Of a stretch of 64,000 nucleotides of DNA, positions 14,430 to 27,598 are shown in pieces. Every line of letters starts with the position of its first letter. Positions within the stretch are counted from its first letter, which is position 1. The notes beneath the pieces were generated by a model. That model was not told where the DNA came from, did not search any database, and saw nothing but the letters and a program-made list of their open reading frames with translations. The DNA is from Takakia lepidozioides. Lineage: Eukaryota > Plantae > Bryophyta. Where the stretch lies: contig CM060731.1 of NCBI GenBank assembly GCA_030704615.1, positions 28,148,001-28,212,000 on the forward strand, written 5' to 3'. A program made the translations under genes and the position numbers.

Positions 14430-17042
14430 CTACAAAGTTAGAAACAGCAACGTCTCCTCCCCTGATGAAGCTGGCTGCACCAGAAATCCAGCTCTTCTCT
14501 TTACCTCTTCTCCAAAGGTAATCATGGTGTTCATGATTTTGAGGGGCCGTTGCTCATGGGTTTGTTGTTTGGTCAGTTCGCTTACTGAATACAGGCCAAC
14601 GTGATGGTCATAAGCATCCATAGATCAGAGTGTTTTACTCAGTTGATGCATTATGAAGAAGTATTGGTGCCTGCACAAAAGATCACCCTTCGCTTTTGCT
14701 GTTGCCTAGTTTATGAGGGAGGTTCAGAGAATGGAGAATGGATAAATGGCCTGACTCACAACTTACAGACAATGAATGGGTATGTACTGGATTGATGCAT
14801 TGTAAGTATGTGAGGATTGAAAGATCATGTCTCACTTCACACCAAGAATTCGTGAGCCGGGAATCAGCCAGAAGTGAGCCTCTAATGAGTGACAGATTTA
14901 GAACTGTCAATCTCAGTTCTACAGTTCTAGATGTCACTAATGAAGATTTGTGTTCACGAACACCTTGCTTGCAGACAGGAGTACAAGAGTTGGAAAAGAG
15001 AGTAAGGCTGACAAGATTTGTGGTGGGTAATGTGCAAATTACGATCCCCATAAAGCTCAGATGTGGGTGAGTGACATGGACTACATTGGAAAATTAAACG
15101 AGGAAAAACATAGATGGTAGTGGAGAAATAAGCAGTCCTTTGTTATTATTTGGGAGAACAACTAAGTCACAGTTCCATTTCAAGCAGTGATTTTCTTCCT
15201 AACTCTACGTTTGCAGCTGAGCTAGCTCTAACCTAGGCTAGACTGGTCATCCTCACCTCTTTTTAAAGCTACTATCCGATCAACTGCTCGCGCAGTAGGA
15301 ATGAATGAAACCTAGTCTGGTATAATCACACAGACTTCATGTATCCGATACCTTACAAAACGATGTGCTCACACCTGCCTTACTTTTAGGCCAAAAGTGT
15401 TCAGGACCATGTCATATTTACAAACAATTGCCACAATATTTACACCCCACCAGTTCCAAGTTTATTAGATTCTTTGGCTGGCCACCATAATTTGCAGGTC
15501 ACTCCCATCTGAATTGTGTTCCAACTCCTTGCTCCCATTGAGTCCTGCTGGAATCCTGCCATCTATGGGCAACAATGGCTAGTATCCATTTTCCAGTAGC
15601 AAGGAACGTTTCTAGAATCGAGCAAAACCACAAAATGAAGGGGTGCAGCAGCCTGTCTGTAGACAAATACTCCTGGAACTTTCATTCTTCACCAACAATG
15701 CATCTTCTTCTGCATTCAATTAGAAACCCATATCATCTGAGGTTCAATCTACTGTGCATACAACAATTGCATACCTTCTCAACAGAACAGATTCCCCGCA
15801 ACACAATGTTGCAGGAGGTCAGAAATGCCTTCCCGGGGACCCTGACCTAATCCTGATGAAGTCGACCAAAATGCAGAACCTCAGTCACACTTTTTTAATA
15901 CCAAGAAGTCCTACAAAAGTATAGCCGCTGAGGTCTGTGACATACCACTCATCTGAAATTCTTCTTGAGCATGGGTCAAGATTTAGAGATTCATTGAGAG
16001 CAACAATTCACCGAGTTTGCAAGAGACTCTGCATCAGCATACAGCAAAAAAGTTTGGGCATGGTGGAACGCCAGAAAGACTTCAAGATCCACCACAGAGG
16101 ACCTTCCAGCAATAAAATAAAATGAGATCTAAGTTGGTGAGCAATGGTGTGAACTTAGTCCTTGCCCACGATGTCTTCAGGATTACTGCTGGCCCCCCGG
16201 CAGATTCCCCAACTGTCTGCAATTCAAAGTGACTCGCAACCTCTTAAAATGTTGCAGAACTTTGACCTAACACACTTGGACCTAGTTACATGTTGCCCGG
16301 TGTTCTAGGATCTGTGGTTAACTGCCCCCTTGGCCTGTAGGCATCAGTCATAGTGTGGCAGAGCCACTGATGCCAGTTTGGATCATCGCCTCCTGTGCAT
16401 CTGCGGCTTTGTTTCTTTTGCCTGCTCAACCAACAAAGCATCCTTGTACAATGCCACAGCTTCATAGATACACTAAAGATATGGAGGATTCCAGAGGAGA
16501 GGGGCGGAGGGGGGAAAAAGAGACCCATAGGTATGGCTTTGCATGAATCCCAAGATGGTCACAGCTTTCAAAATTCTTCAGACAGCTCGCAACTCAGTAG
16601 AAGAGGGTGAAGTGACAGTCAAATAGGGCAACTAGCTCAAAAATGCATTGCACTGCATCAGGTATGCAACCATCATGCCCACAAAACAGATAGGGGTTTC
16701 ATTTTCTCCCAATGGCAAAGCTTAAGATTCAATGTAAGCACTTTGTTTGTGCTTATTAACCTACTGCCCAGTCTGAGATGGTCCGTGTCTCAGTTGTTTA
16801 TGCGGACAAGAAGCTTAGGAGAATTTTAATGCAGAACTTATGTGTATTCACGAGACCATGCTTGTCACAGTCTTGCGGCCATAAACTATGCCCAAAGGAG
16901 GAGATGAAGGGTTTAAGTGTGAAACCCCTACTTTGGCTGACAATACCCTGGTTAGTAAGAAGAGATCATGACATGAAGGGAAATTCTATTATGTCCCCAG
17001 GAGGTCTAGTGGGCCTATAGGACACACTCAGACAACTAGAAA

Positions 17043-17170
17043 GAAATGATACTTCATAACATCCGCAGAAAGCTCAAAGATCTTACAGGACAAGAAAGCA
17101 TGGAACAAAAAAGAATATACTCACACGACTTTGTTTGCCGTAGTCTTGTGGCCAGAGACCTGAACAAGAA
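17043..17170 (-). mobile_element. orphan LINE 3' end
   Basis: GAAATGATACTTCATAACATCCGCAGAAAGCTC resembles the 17180-17230 terminus. Confidence 0.6.
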
Positions 17171-17299
17171 AGAGAAATGAAATGAAATAAAATGGTGCTT
17201 TATAACGTCCACGGAAAGCTCATAGAGCTTATGGGACAAAATGGAAGAAAACATGAGAGAGGAACAAATCCAGAAACCAAGAATAACAATTAATGTTCT

Positions 17300-19589
17300 A
17301 GCGATTGTCTAAGGGTGAAGGCCTCGTGCAGGTAGGCTGCCAAGCATTTTTTATCCTCATAGTGGAAGACATCATTGAGAGTTTGGGTTCCACTAAATAA
17401 ACAGTGGAATCTCCCACGGATCTCGTAGTATAGAGGGCAGTAGAAGAAGAAGTGTTCTTCAGTTTCAATTTCCTGGCTGCGCCCTATGCAAGCTGGACAT
17501 AGGCGGTCCTCCCGTTGCAGGTTTTCCCATCTGCCAGTCTCTATCTGTAGATTGTGGGGAACCCACCCTGAACCGCCCCAATGCCCTCAGGAGGGAAAGA
17601 GATAAGGATGCTGAAAGGTAATTTGGTCTCAAGATTCTATCATCGCAGAGCACCAAGAATGTCTCTCGATAGAAGTGGAGCTTTGTCGTGAGATTGGGTA
17701 GCTTCCAAGTTCTCTTGACATGTAATTCCATAAGCTCTTTCCTAATGAGTCTGTTGCGGTCATGTCTGGATGTGATGTCCACCTCATCTGGAATCATTGG
17801 TAATAGGAAATCAGTAGAAAGTCCGTTACGTTGAAATAAACTGTCCACTCGAGCATACCAGGAGTTCCTGAAACCTGCAGCTTTGAGCCTCATAGATGTT
17901 GTGAGGGCCCTTGCCACGAGCCCCTTGGGTGGAAGGGCCTGTAATCTATGGAGAAAAATTGTAAGCCGGAAGAGGGCCTCGGATTGCAATGGTACACATA
18001 CGAACTCTGCACCTAGGATCCTGAGATGGAGTTGTGCTCCTGGCGCCAAGCATTGCTTGGAGAAAAGATGACTGTAATGGTTCCAAATTCTTTTCCCACC
18101 AGGAGACAGCGACACCAGGTGCCCAGAACTCACAACCATAGATGGTAGCAGTGCTGACGACGGTGTCAAACAGCCACTTTTTGGTTGGGGGATGACGCAG
18201 ATGTATTTGCTTGCATTTGGCCTGAAGGCGGATGGAGGCCGCCTTACCTTTAGTCAATCTGTCCAAGGCAGTGGCTGCAAAGTGAAACTTGGGGGAGTGG
18301 ATAACCAGACCCAGGTACCGGTATGATTTCACAATCTCAATTTCCTGCTGGTTGAAGATGAATCTACGATCAGCTTGGCCATTGAAGACCATGATCTTGG
18401 TCTTGCTAAGATTGACTTGCATCCCATAGTCTTTGCAGAACTGTTCCAAAATTTTGAGATGGCGTTGCAGGAAGACCGGGGATTGTGCCAAAAGGGCAAC
18501 ATCATTAGCATAGAGGAGATCTGATTGTGTTGGTCCCCCATCCAATGGTACCCCAACCCCATGGTTTTTTGACGTGTAATTCTCCAAGGCGTCAATGTAG
18601 ATCCCGAACAGGGTAGGTGAAAGGGGGCAGCCCTGTTTGACTCCAATGTTGCTATGGACCTCGGCTGAGAATTCATCAGCGACGTTGACCATGCCAGTGA
18701 CAATCTCATACATAGAAGAGATGGCACAAATGATGTCTGGAGGGACTTCCACTCTATGGAGCCGTTGGAAGAGAAGGTCCCGAGGAACTGAATCAAAGGC
18801 TTTGTGAAAGTCCACGAAGCAAACATAGACCATTCTTTTGTCATAGCGTGCACTATCCACCATAACCTGAAGAGTGAAGATGTGGTCAATAGTGGATCTG
18901 TTGCGACGGAAACCAGCCTGTCCCTCAGCACGAATGCGAGAGGACTCAGCCCAATCATCCAGTTCCATGGCCACTACTGTCCCAAACAGCTTAGCAAGTA
19001 CCGAGGACACCATGATAGTACGATAGTTGGTCGGTGCGAGCCTGTCATCACTCTTGAAGAGTGGGTGGATGATGCTCTGTGTCCACTCTGTTGGAAAGCC
19101 CCGTTGCACTACCTCATTGAAGAGGTTAGCTATAGAAGGGGCTAAAGTAGGTGCAGCATGCTTGATGAATTCATTCTGAAGTCCTGAAATGTCCACTGCT
19201 CTGCCATTTTGCAGCTTCTTGATTGCCTTACTGACATTGGCCGTGGTAAAGAGAGAGAAGAGAAAGGGTTTAGAGGTTATAGGAGAGGGAGTTTGGGTTG
19301 GGGAATAGTACAAAGACTGTGCATACTCATGCCAGAAGTGAATGTCAGTGATTGGGGGGGGGATCTCTATGAGGTTTAAGGAAGGACCAAAAAGAACGAG
19401 GAGAAAATCTGATTTAAGCAAGGAAAGAAGATTGCAACTTGATGGTGTAGACTCTCTTTTTGGACCTAATGAGGGACTTATAGTGCTTAAGAACAAGATT
19501 AGTGGACTCTGGAGAAGAATTGGTATCAAGTAGTAAAGATTGGATGTGACGTCTAGCAGTCTTACATTCCTCATCATAAAATGGTGCAT
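17300..19589 (-). pseudogene. LINE ORF2: reverse transcriptase plus C-terminal Cys/His domain (frameshifted)
   Basis: Motifs NYRTI, QAGFR, FVDFHKAFDSV, GVKQGCPLSPTLF, LLYAND (YADD degenerate) and YRYLG. Continues in ORF 17465-18169 and then IETGRW...RLCPAC. Confidence 0.92.
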
Positions 19590-19879
19590 AATGACGAGTG
19601 GAGAAGGGTGAGGAGGTAGATGGAAGGGTGACGGGAAAGGATCGCAGGGCTGAGTCCCAAAGGGCTTCAGTGAGATGTGTAGCCTTGTCGTTAGGAGATG
19701 GTAGATGTAGAAAAAAAGGGAGGGTTGACGCTAGGTATGTTTCATATTCGGAGTAGAGAAAGGGGTATTAAAGTGGATACGTGGGTGTAAGGGAAGAGAA
19801 GCAGAGGGGGGGGGAGATGAAAGGAAATGCAAAGGAAAGGCCACGGTGATCAGAATCCGGGTACCTCGTGATGTAAAAG

Positions 19880-20272
19880 GAGCTTATTCTATCAGACTTG
19901 TTGGGGCTCCCCAAGAGATAGTCAACCACGTTCTGGCCCTTGTACGTGTGGCAAGTGAACTAGCTGGAGGATTTGAAATTGGTTGTTCCATTGTAGATGG
20001 CAAGCCCCTGAGTTTCACAAAACTTGAGTAGATGGTGACCGTAGCTTGTGATTTCACAAGAGGAATCTGCACTTTGCCTCTCCAATTCCGTATGCGAGCG
20101 TTGGATATATAGAGGATCCGTGTGGTCGAAGGTGGGGGCCTGTAGTGATCCTGTACAGGCTTTGAAATCTCCAACCAAAAAAATGTCCGTGTATGGGGTA
20201 CGGAGACGGGCCATATCGTCTTCCAATGGAACATAGGTAGAATCCCTTAGCAAAGAGCTGGAAACACACAGT
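19880..20272 (-). pseudogene. LINE APE endonuclease, C-terminal half
   Basis: IFLVGDFKACTG, GHHLLKFCETQGLAIYNG and an SxIDY-like SLIE. Confidence 0.85.
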
Positions 20273-21189
20273 CTTCCATGGCTCGGGAGCTCCAAACTCA
20301 CAAGGCAGAGGCCTCCTCCTGGGCTAATATAGTTAAGGGGAGCACATCCAACAACAGTCCTCACTCCCTAGATGAGACAGTCTCAGCTACCTTGCGAGAG
20401 GAACAGCAACGGGCTTTCAAAGCCCTTAACATCAGGGTCACTGGGAAGCTAGGGAGCCTTGCAGAGGGGGACCCTCTGGACGCTGCAACCAACCTTATTC
20501 AGCAAAACCTTGCTCTACCACGGGGAGCAAGTGACATTGAAAGGGCTTGGCGTGCAGGATCTCTAGAGCACAAAGTCCTCTTCATTAGATTCAAGGACAA
20601 AGGTGCTCGGGATAGGGTCCTCAGGCAGAGGCCTCAATTGAGAGGTCAGGGTATGTACCTCAATGATGACTTGACCCCTTTGCAATACAACGTCATGCGG
20701 GCGCAACTCTTGCAGGTTAAGCAAACTCGAGCTCAGAGGCACTATGCCGTGTACCGAGAGGGGAGGGTAATTGTCCGGGAGCACAAGCGTCGCCCCTCTA
20801 GCTCTAAATAGGGGTTGGGGCACCATGAGACCAACCCTCGTTCATATCTACACATTGGCTTATGGAACTGTAATGGCTCGTTGTGGATCCACCCCCCAAG
20901 GGCTCCTAGATATTCTTTCCAAGTGTGATGTTCTTTTTCTTTTGGAAACACATGCGTACGAAGGAAATGACCCCCTTTTATTCTCGGTTATAGCGTTCAG
21001 TCAGTGACTCGTCCACGTACAGGTCTCAAAGGATCTGGAGGTGTGGCTTGTTATTTTGCCGACTGGCTTCTCCCATTTATCTCCTTCCCATACAAAGACC
21101 CACTGACAAGGTATATTTGGTGTCACATAAAAGGCTACAACATCCTGCTGGCGGGATGTTATTTTGCTTCGACTGCATCTCCGCACAGT
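20273..21189 (+). pseudogene. inverted LINE segment: ORF1 C-terminus plus endonuclease N-terminus
   Basis: ORF 20278-20811 has LNIRVTG..IERAWRAG..IRF..YLNDDLT. It is followed by DVLFLLETH, GSGGVACYF and GCYF, all opposite in strand to the rest of the element. Confidence 0.85.
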
Positions 21190-21793
21190 AGCCTACATAT
21201 TCAAACAGATCCACCATGCAGGTGGATGCTTGCCGTGAGGGGATCTGGGAGGCTCTTCTCTGCGAAAGTCTTCACTTCGCCTTCAAGTTTTGAAAGATGC
21301 GTATGTGTGGATTTGTCATTGAGATGTTTCAACAGACCTTGAAGTTTGCTATTGCACTCCTGAAGAGAGGCCCGCAAAGCGTTGTCCCGAACTCACATGT
21401 TGTCTAGTGACTTCTCCAAGTCTGTGTCTCTGTCGGTCATGCGCTTCTACCAATCTTTGTCCAAGGAAGTCATGCGCTTCTCCCAGTCTTTGTTTAGGGA
21501 AGCCATCCGCGTCTCCCAGTCTTTTTCTAGGGAAGCCAACCGCTCCTCTGAGTCTTTGTCTCGGGCAGCGAACACTTGCTACAGAGTCTCCTCCGAGATG
21601 CATTTTGTTTGTAGATGGTGATTTGGTCCCGAAGCGTTTGAACATCAGCACTCCTTGTGGAATACTGACGCAAAAGAGAGGTCTGTCGAGAGACCGGGGT
21701 AGGAAGAAGAAGCAGAGGGGAATCAGGTCGGGGTGAGGGAGACGGGGAGTCTGCCTCCTTGCCAACCATCCTTTGGCGTTTGGAGGACATCAT
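21190..21793 (-). pseudogene. LINE ORF1 N-terminal coiled coil with 33-bp (11-aa) repeats
   Basis: Tandem 33-bp units at about 21440-21575 read ERLASLEKDW/TRMASLNKDW/KRMTSLDKDW on the minus strand. Confidence 0.6.
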
Positions 21794-21939
21794 GGTGTGT
21801 TGGAGGCGGCGCTAGTGCGCCAACGCGCGTGAGCGCAGTACCGACGCACGAGCGTCGACGTGCTGCCGCGCGCGCGCGAGAGAGAAAGGTGAAGAGAGTG
21901 GGGCTCAGAGAGTATAGCGGCAAACTTGAACTGAAAGAG

Positions 21940-22110
21940 GAAATGGTACTTTATAACGTCTGCGGAAAGCTCCAAGAGCTTATGAGACGAGAAAGAAACT
22001 TTTTAATGTCTGGTGAAGGCCACAAAAACCAGCTCGAAAACAAAAAAAACCCAAAACAGCACTCGAAGAGAGGGCGCCGCATGCAGGTAAGCTGCTAAGC
22101 ATTCCAGGTC
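21940..22110 (-). mobile_element. orphan LINE 3' end, directly upstream of the full-length copy
   Basis: Same terminal motif (CTTTATAACGTCTGCGGAAAGCTC) and the same ORF2 end CLAAYLH. Confidence 0.7.
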
Positions 22111-23202
22111 CTCAGCTGAAGACCTCTGCCAGGACAAGCAACTCTACAAGAAAGACGCGTATCTGTATTCTCTGCCTCCTTCTTGGGTGTACATACTGGA
22201 CAAAGCCTAGCTGGCTTCTGGTGATGTGGAGAAGTTGACCTTGCTGCCTGTGACAAACTTGGCAAAGGCTAAGCAGCATCGCTCAGATTGTAGGACAATG
22301 AAGTTAAGCCAGCTACACATCAGAGACATCAACCTGAAGAATTGGTTATTTGGCTGGGTCACACTCCTACTTCCACATATGGATGTGAGATCTGTGGATG
22401 TGGAATCACCAAGATTGAGGAGAAGAAACACAATGGATGCTACATGTGTCTTTCTGAAGAGAATTCTAGCTAAGAGCACCATGTCATTTGTAATAATGTA
22501 AGAAGGTGGCCACTTGATTTCATTAGAGGCAATCTTCATAATTATCATCCTTTCTTGGCTCAAATCACTACCGGCACATAGGTGTGGAATGATCAAAAAA
22601 TTAACTAAGGCTGGAACATTGACATGTTGATTCCAAAGAAGGGGAAAGTTCTTGTTATCCCTAGAGACAGGAGCAGGCTGATGGAGGATTGCAAAAAGAT
22701 AATTCTATAAGCCAGACAAATCCCCAATTCTGTGAAGACATTTCCGTAGTTGTCATAGGTAACCGCATCATCAATATAGAAGAAGTGGTGATTGTGTAGG
22801 TGATGCTTCATTGTCTTAAATACAAGAATGTGTCTTCTTCAACCTAGCAAGATTCCCCCGCCCGACAAGGCCTTAGTGGATTTTTGTGGTCATAGTGGGT
22901 AACGAGGTCACATTATCTGCGGAGAGGAGAAGACGCTGAGAGAGAGACTACTTGATTGCTGACCCTCTCTGGTTGGCATATCAACTCCATTACAATTGTT
23001 TTCATGAAGTTTGTTCTAGGCCTTCACCTCATGGAAAAAAAGATAGAAAGTGGCGGGAGGGGACTAACAAGGGCTGAGGACAGCGAACCTTCATAATTGA
23101 TGCTTGGAGATCTTCATCTACATTTCATGACTACTTACGTTGCAGCCTTCAACTGGCCCACCTTCACTGCTTGCCAATATGCAACTCGAGGGTGTGGGGA
23201 GA

Positions 23203-23480
23203 AATGAAATGATCCACATAAAGCTCAAAGAGCTTATGGGACAAGAGATAGCATGAAGCAACTCCACAAGCAGCCCAAAAACAACTATTGCTCAAGGGCT
23301 ATAGACAATAGAATCTCCCATCGATCTCATGGTAGAAACGACAATGAAGATAAATGAAATGAAAGAGTACTTTATAATGTCTGCGGAAACCTCAAAGAGC
23401 TTATCGGACAAGAGAAAGACGTACCAGAAAGAACAAGAAAGAGAGAGGGGCCCTCCACAAGCAGCCCAAAAGAAACTAGT
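23203..23480 (-). mobile_element. two orphan LINE 3' ends
   Basis: GAAATGAAATG tails plus AAGAGCTTAT(G/C)GGACAAG at about 23203 and 23353. Confidence 0.65.
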
Positions 23481-23717
23481 GTCTCTACCAGTGGAGTAAT
23501 CCACATTGCAAGGCATATACAGATCTGCACATTGATGTCTAACAATACCTGCTAGGATGCTGCCGAAATGAGCATGTTGAAGGAGCTTACGGGAGTAACT
23601 GACCTCAAACAGCTTGTGCTAATATCTACCTGATCATCGTTGTAATTTGAAGCTCTGTAAAGAGGATTCTGAAAACTGTGTCTCTAGCAACGTTGAATCA
23701 GGGCTAATGTGGATGAA

Positions 23718-23799
23718 TACCCACCCCCAAAAGGGGGCAGTAGCCGCAAGGCAAAGTGGCTCTTAGTTACGCCGGCTTCGGCCGGAGTCTTCTCTCTCT
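23718..23799 (+). mobile_element. 82-bp retroposed insertion with 14-bp TSD and (TC)n tail
   Basis: CTAATGTGGATGAA occurs at 23704-23717 and 23800-23813. The insert has three hairpins. Confidence 0.75.
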
Positions 23800-24026
23800 C
23801 TAATGTGGATGAAGTTGATGTACAAACTGATGTACAAGTCTCAAGTTAATGTATTTTTTTTTTTTATTTTTTTTATGTACAAATCTGTCTTTGGGCCCTC
23901 ACAGTTCAAATTTCGAAGTTTGGGTCAATATCTCCCACACCGCGAGTCCGAAAATCATGAGACCAAGCTCGTGCACCCCTTCCAACGGCACCAAGCACCA
24001 GGGCTGGGGGGCTCCGCGGTTTGGGA

Positions 24027-24131
24027 GATCTCAACGACGCTACAAAACAAAACAAAACAAACCGTCTCGCTTCATATGTTGATGAAGTAAGGTAGTTTGT
24101 TTGTTTGTTTTGTTTTGTAGCGTTGAGGATC
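24027..24131. repeat. ~100-bp foldback inverted repeat
   Basis: CTCAACG..GCTACAAAACAAAAC pairs with GTTTTGTTTTGTAGCGTTGAG. The inner stem is CTTCAT/ATGAAG. Confidence 0.7.
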
Positions 24132-25514
24132 AATTCTTCATACATGGGCCTCGACATAGGAGATGCACTTGGATACATAGGGGATTACACTTGGACTTAG
24201 ATGACATTGGACACTTGGGCCAATGGCACAGGCTACCCTAGTATATAGTAAGCTACACTGCAAGGATTTGAAGATTGAAGAAATAACCCATGTGTAAGAG
24301 GGTCTAAAAAAAAAGACGGTAGGAGGCGACAGGTATTAAATGGAGGATGAACTGGGTTCAGGCACCAAATTGGGGGAGTACATGTGTCAAGTGTTTGGGG
24401 CCGCCGCCTTGAGAGGGTGTATGAAGGAGAAGAACACTCTCCTCCTTTGTCTCTTACTACTTAGTAAGTTAGTAGTTAGTACCTACTTTAGAAGTACCCA
24501 AAAAAAAGACGCAAACATGAACCATAGCTATATTAATTAATAAAATAGCTGAGCTTAATAACCCCCCCCACTCCATATCCACGTGTGGTCCTCATGTTTT
24601 CGATAAAGAGTTCTAAACAACTACTTTGTTTCTCACTTCATTTTGTCATCAAGTGGAGAAAAGGCGGGCTAGTTTATCATGCTATCAAAAACCGATTCAT
24701 ATCTGTCATCTAGCTAATTAACCACCTATCTCAACCGATCTTCCCATCGATTTGATGTGCAAGGTTGGATTAACTCAATTCGTGAGGTTGGATAATCAGT
24801 TCATCATGCATCATAAACAGTCGTGTTCTACAACTTTACAACCAATATGATACTCTTTCAGAGTCCAACAATTCATTTATATTATATAGAGGATTATGAA
24901 GCGCCTCCATTTCTCTATGGAGGATAACTGTTCGCAAGCAATTTTGGGATATAGGAGTGCATGCTTCTATGATAACCTTCTTGTGTCCAGAAGGGTAGAT
25001 CATTAAACTAACTTAGATGTCATGTATTTTTACAAACACTTAAATAGAGCAAGAACCCATTCAATGGATTGTATTCTTTCGGCTCCTCTCAGTTTTGTTT
25101 CATAGGCGCCCTTATTAAAAACATGTTTCTTGAGGACTTAGGTGCAGTAAACTATAAGGTGTTGTAGTTTCTGGTTTTAGAATAGAATGATGGTTGATCA
25201 AATTGGATATCATTGTGAGTAGTGATAAAGATTTGAAGAACTTAGTGCTTGATTATTTTTGGTGTTGATATCAGTGTGTTCTTGTATTGAAGACTTGCCT
25301 TACCATTATACTACATATAATGCAAGGTGATTATAGTTCTAGGAATTTCAGTCCAATAAAGTGAACGGATTGATGTTATACAAAACCAATGTTGAGTAAG
25401 ATAAACCTTCATCTTGGACTCATGGTTTAACAACATGATATTTGAACTATATAGAGATCAAAAAATCATGGGTTCTACATCAAAACTCAATTTAGAAAAT
25501 GTATTTTTTATTTA

Positions 25515-25516
<2 letters not shown>

Positions 25517-25558
<42 letters not shown>
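25517..25558. repeat. (AT)n microsatellite
   Basis: About 21 perfect AT units. Confidence 0.95.
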
Positions 25559-25561
<3 letters not shown>

Positions 25562-26733
25562 CAGTGGGACCTAAGGCTTCTTATAAAAAATATTGAAAGT
25601 CAGACATTAGTATCAAATCTCGTATACCTATTTATTCCCTCGGGTTAGTTCATTGTTGCAATATATTAGTATCCAACAGGAATAAGTGAATGAATAAATA
25701 GGTCGCTATTGGATTTAACTTACCATATTGAGACATGAAGCAGAAGCAGCATTGAGCTATGAAAGAGGTGGAGGTGGGCAGTTGTCTTGTTGGAATGTGT
25801 TGCTTAAAAGTATGCGCACAGCTTGCTCTACAGAATCTTCTTGCCGCTTGCTCTTTCTGCTGGCAATTGCCATTGAAAACTTTCAACAATTCTAACAATG
25901 ATTTACTGTCAAGAGCGAGAAAGGCGATTGGACATGAGTAAGAAAACAATGGCGGACAGAGGAGTTTAGTCTTGAGGAGGAGGATTTGGTGCATTGTTTC
26001 TCTGTATGTGCTGAAGAACAGTGATGGTACGACGTAAGCGAATTGCGAGGTAGTTTTCCAAGATTCTATGAAAATAGTCCATCGTTATGTCCCCCTCAAA
26101 GTACATCTCTAACAGCCAGCTAGGGATTCTCAAAGTAGGCAATCTGCCCAGCTGTTCATGTTCCATGAATAGCATAGCGATTCCTTGCGCTTTGGTTTTT
26201 GAATGTAGTGAGAAAGGAGGTCATCTGGGAACGTAACACACCCATAGCCGAGAATGAGGAGGAATGGGATGATAGAGACAATGCAGCTACTATGCTCATT
26301 TGTTCAGTAGTAAGTAGAAAATACTACCACACGTTCATGATGCCTCCTATTGGCAACGACTACTACCCTACAAATAACCTATTGTCTGTAGTCTCCCGCC
26401 TAGTTACATGCATCTTTTATCAGCGTAGGATAGTATACTCCCGCTCCAATTGCTTCGAAGAGTAGATGCCCATTTGAATGCTTGAATGGACGACATCCTG
26501 CATTTGTTTGTTTTGCGAATGTGTACACACCTTGACGACATCTTAGAGTTGGGGGCTACACATATGGGATTGGAAAGAGATATGTCCGCATCGATAGTGG
26601 TAAGAGGACCCGGTCAGAAATGGTCGAGCCACCTCCTTGCCACCTTTGTCCGTGCATTCTCTATATCTGCACGAATCAATGCATGCTCTGGAGCATGGTT
26701 TGACCGTATTTGTATAGGGTCTGAAGTTGTTTC

Positions 26734-27598
26734 CAGTGTTGGGCGGTTCTTGCATTTGTGAAGGAACCTTCGGTTTCAGTTCCACAATTATTTCAAGAGA
26801 CGGTTCCGGATCCAGTTCCGGTTTTTTTTTATCGAGCCGGTTCCAGTCCGGTTCCGGATCCAACTTTTAAACATGGGGGCGGTTCCGGTTACCGATTAGT
26901 TGCTGATAAAAACCACGGTTCCCGGTTAGGTTCCGGTTCTTCTTCTTTTTTAAAATAATTTAATTAGATTTAAAATATTTTATCAGTCCAGGAGATTAAA
27001 TAGCAATGTATTCACATATTTGAACTAAAATCCAACGATTTTATTAGTTTTCACTAACACAAAAAAAGAAAAAAGAAAAATACTCTAAATAAACTGGTAG
27101 AAGAAAATGGATAACATTTTATGGGTTGAAATTACTATTCAGCTATCTAGCAAGTATTGGCATCTTCTAACATTTTCATTAATGAACTTAGCCAGGATAT
27201 CATGGAGCTGGAGTTGAACCTAAGATCTCATGGCGTTGAAGCATTGAACATAGAATGTCCTGGCCTTCAAGCATTGAATCAGGATCTCATGGAGCTTGAG
27301 AGCATCAAAGAAGTTTTGCTATGGGCCACCAGCTCTCGAGGGTTATGCCATGTTATGCCAAGGGCCCACCAAGGGTTCAAGAACCTGAACCTATTTTTAT
27401 CCCCATGCGCCCTGGTTCTCCGGTTCTCACACCCAGCAGGAACCGCCGATTCGGTTCTGTGCCGTGCCAATCCCCATTGGCAGGTTCCGGTTCTGGGTCA
27501 GGTTCTGCAAGAATGGGCCCAGTTCCGGTCCGGTTCCGGTTAACCTGAACCTGAACCGGCGGTCAACCTGGGTCCCAGCGGGTAACCGCCCAACAGTG
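26734..27598. mobile_element. non-autonomous hAT element (MITE)
   Basis: 15-bp TIR CAGTGTTGGGCGGTT / AACCGCCCAACAGTG (1 mismatch), 8-bp TSD GTTGTTTC/GTAGTTTC and dense subterminal CCGGTT/GGTTC motifs. Confidence 0.88.

Larger units (their letters stand above)
17172..21935 (-). mobile_element. near full-length non-LTR retrotransposon (RTEX-like LINE) with internal inversion
   Basis: Contains ORF1 (coiled coil plus L1-ORF1-like RRM/CTD), an APE endonuclease, RT, a C-terminal RLCPAC..ETEEHFFFYC zinc finger and an (ATTTC)n tail. Confidence 0.88.

Noticed and set aside
15300-16700. Degenerate L1-like LINE
   Set aside because: Only a weak CKYC..PEHF zinc-finger hint; too decayed to support.
20273-21189. 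Twin-priming 5' inversion
   Set aside because: The ORF1 N-terminus and 5'UTR continue beyond the inversion in the original orientation.
23718-23799. Hammerhead ribozyme
   Set aside because: No intact CUGANGA/GAAA core on either strand.
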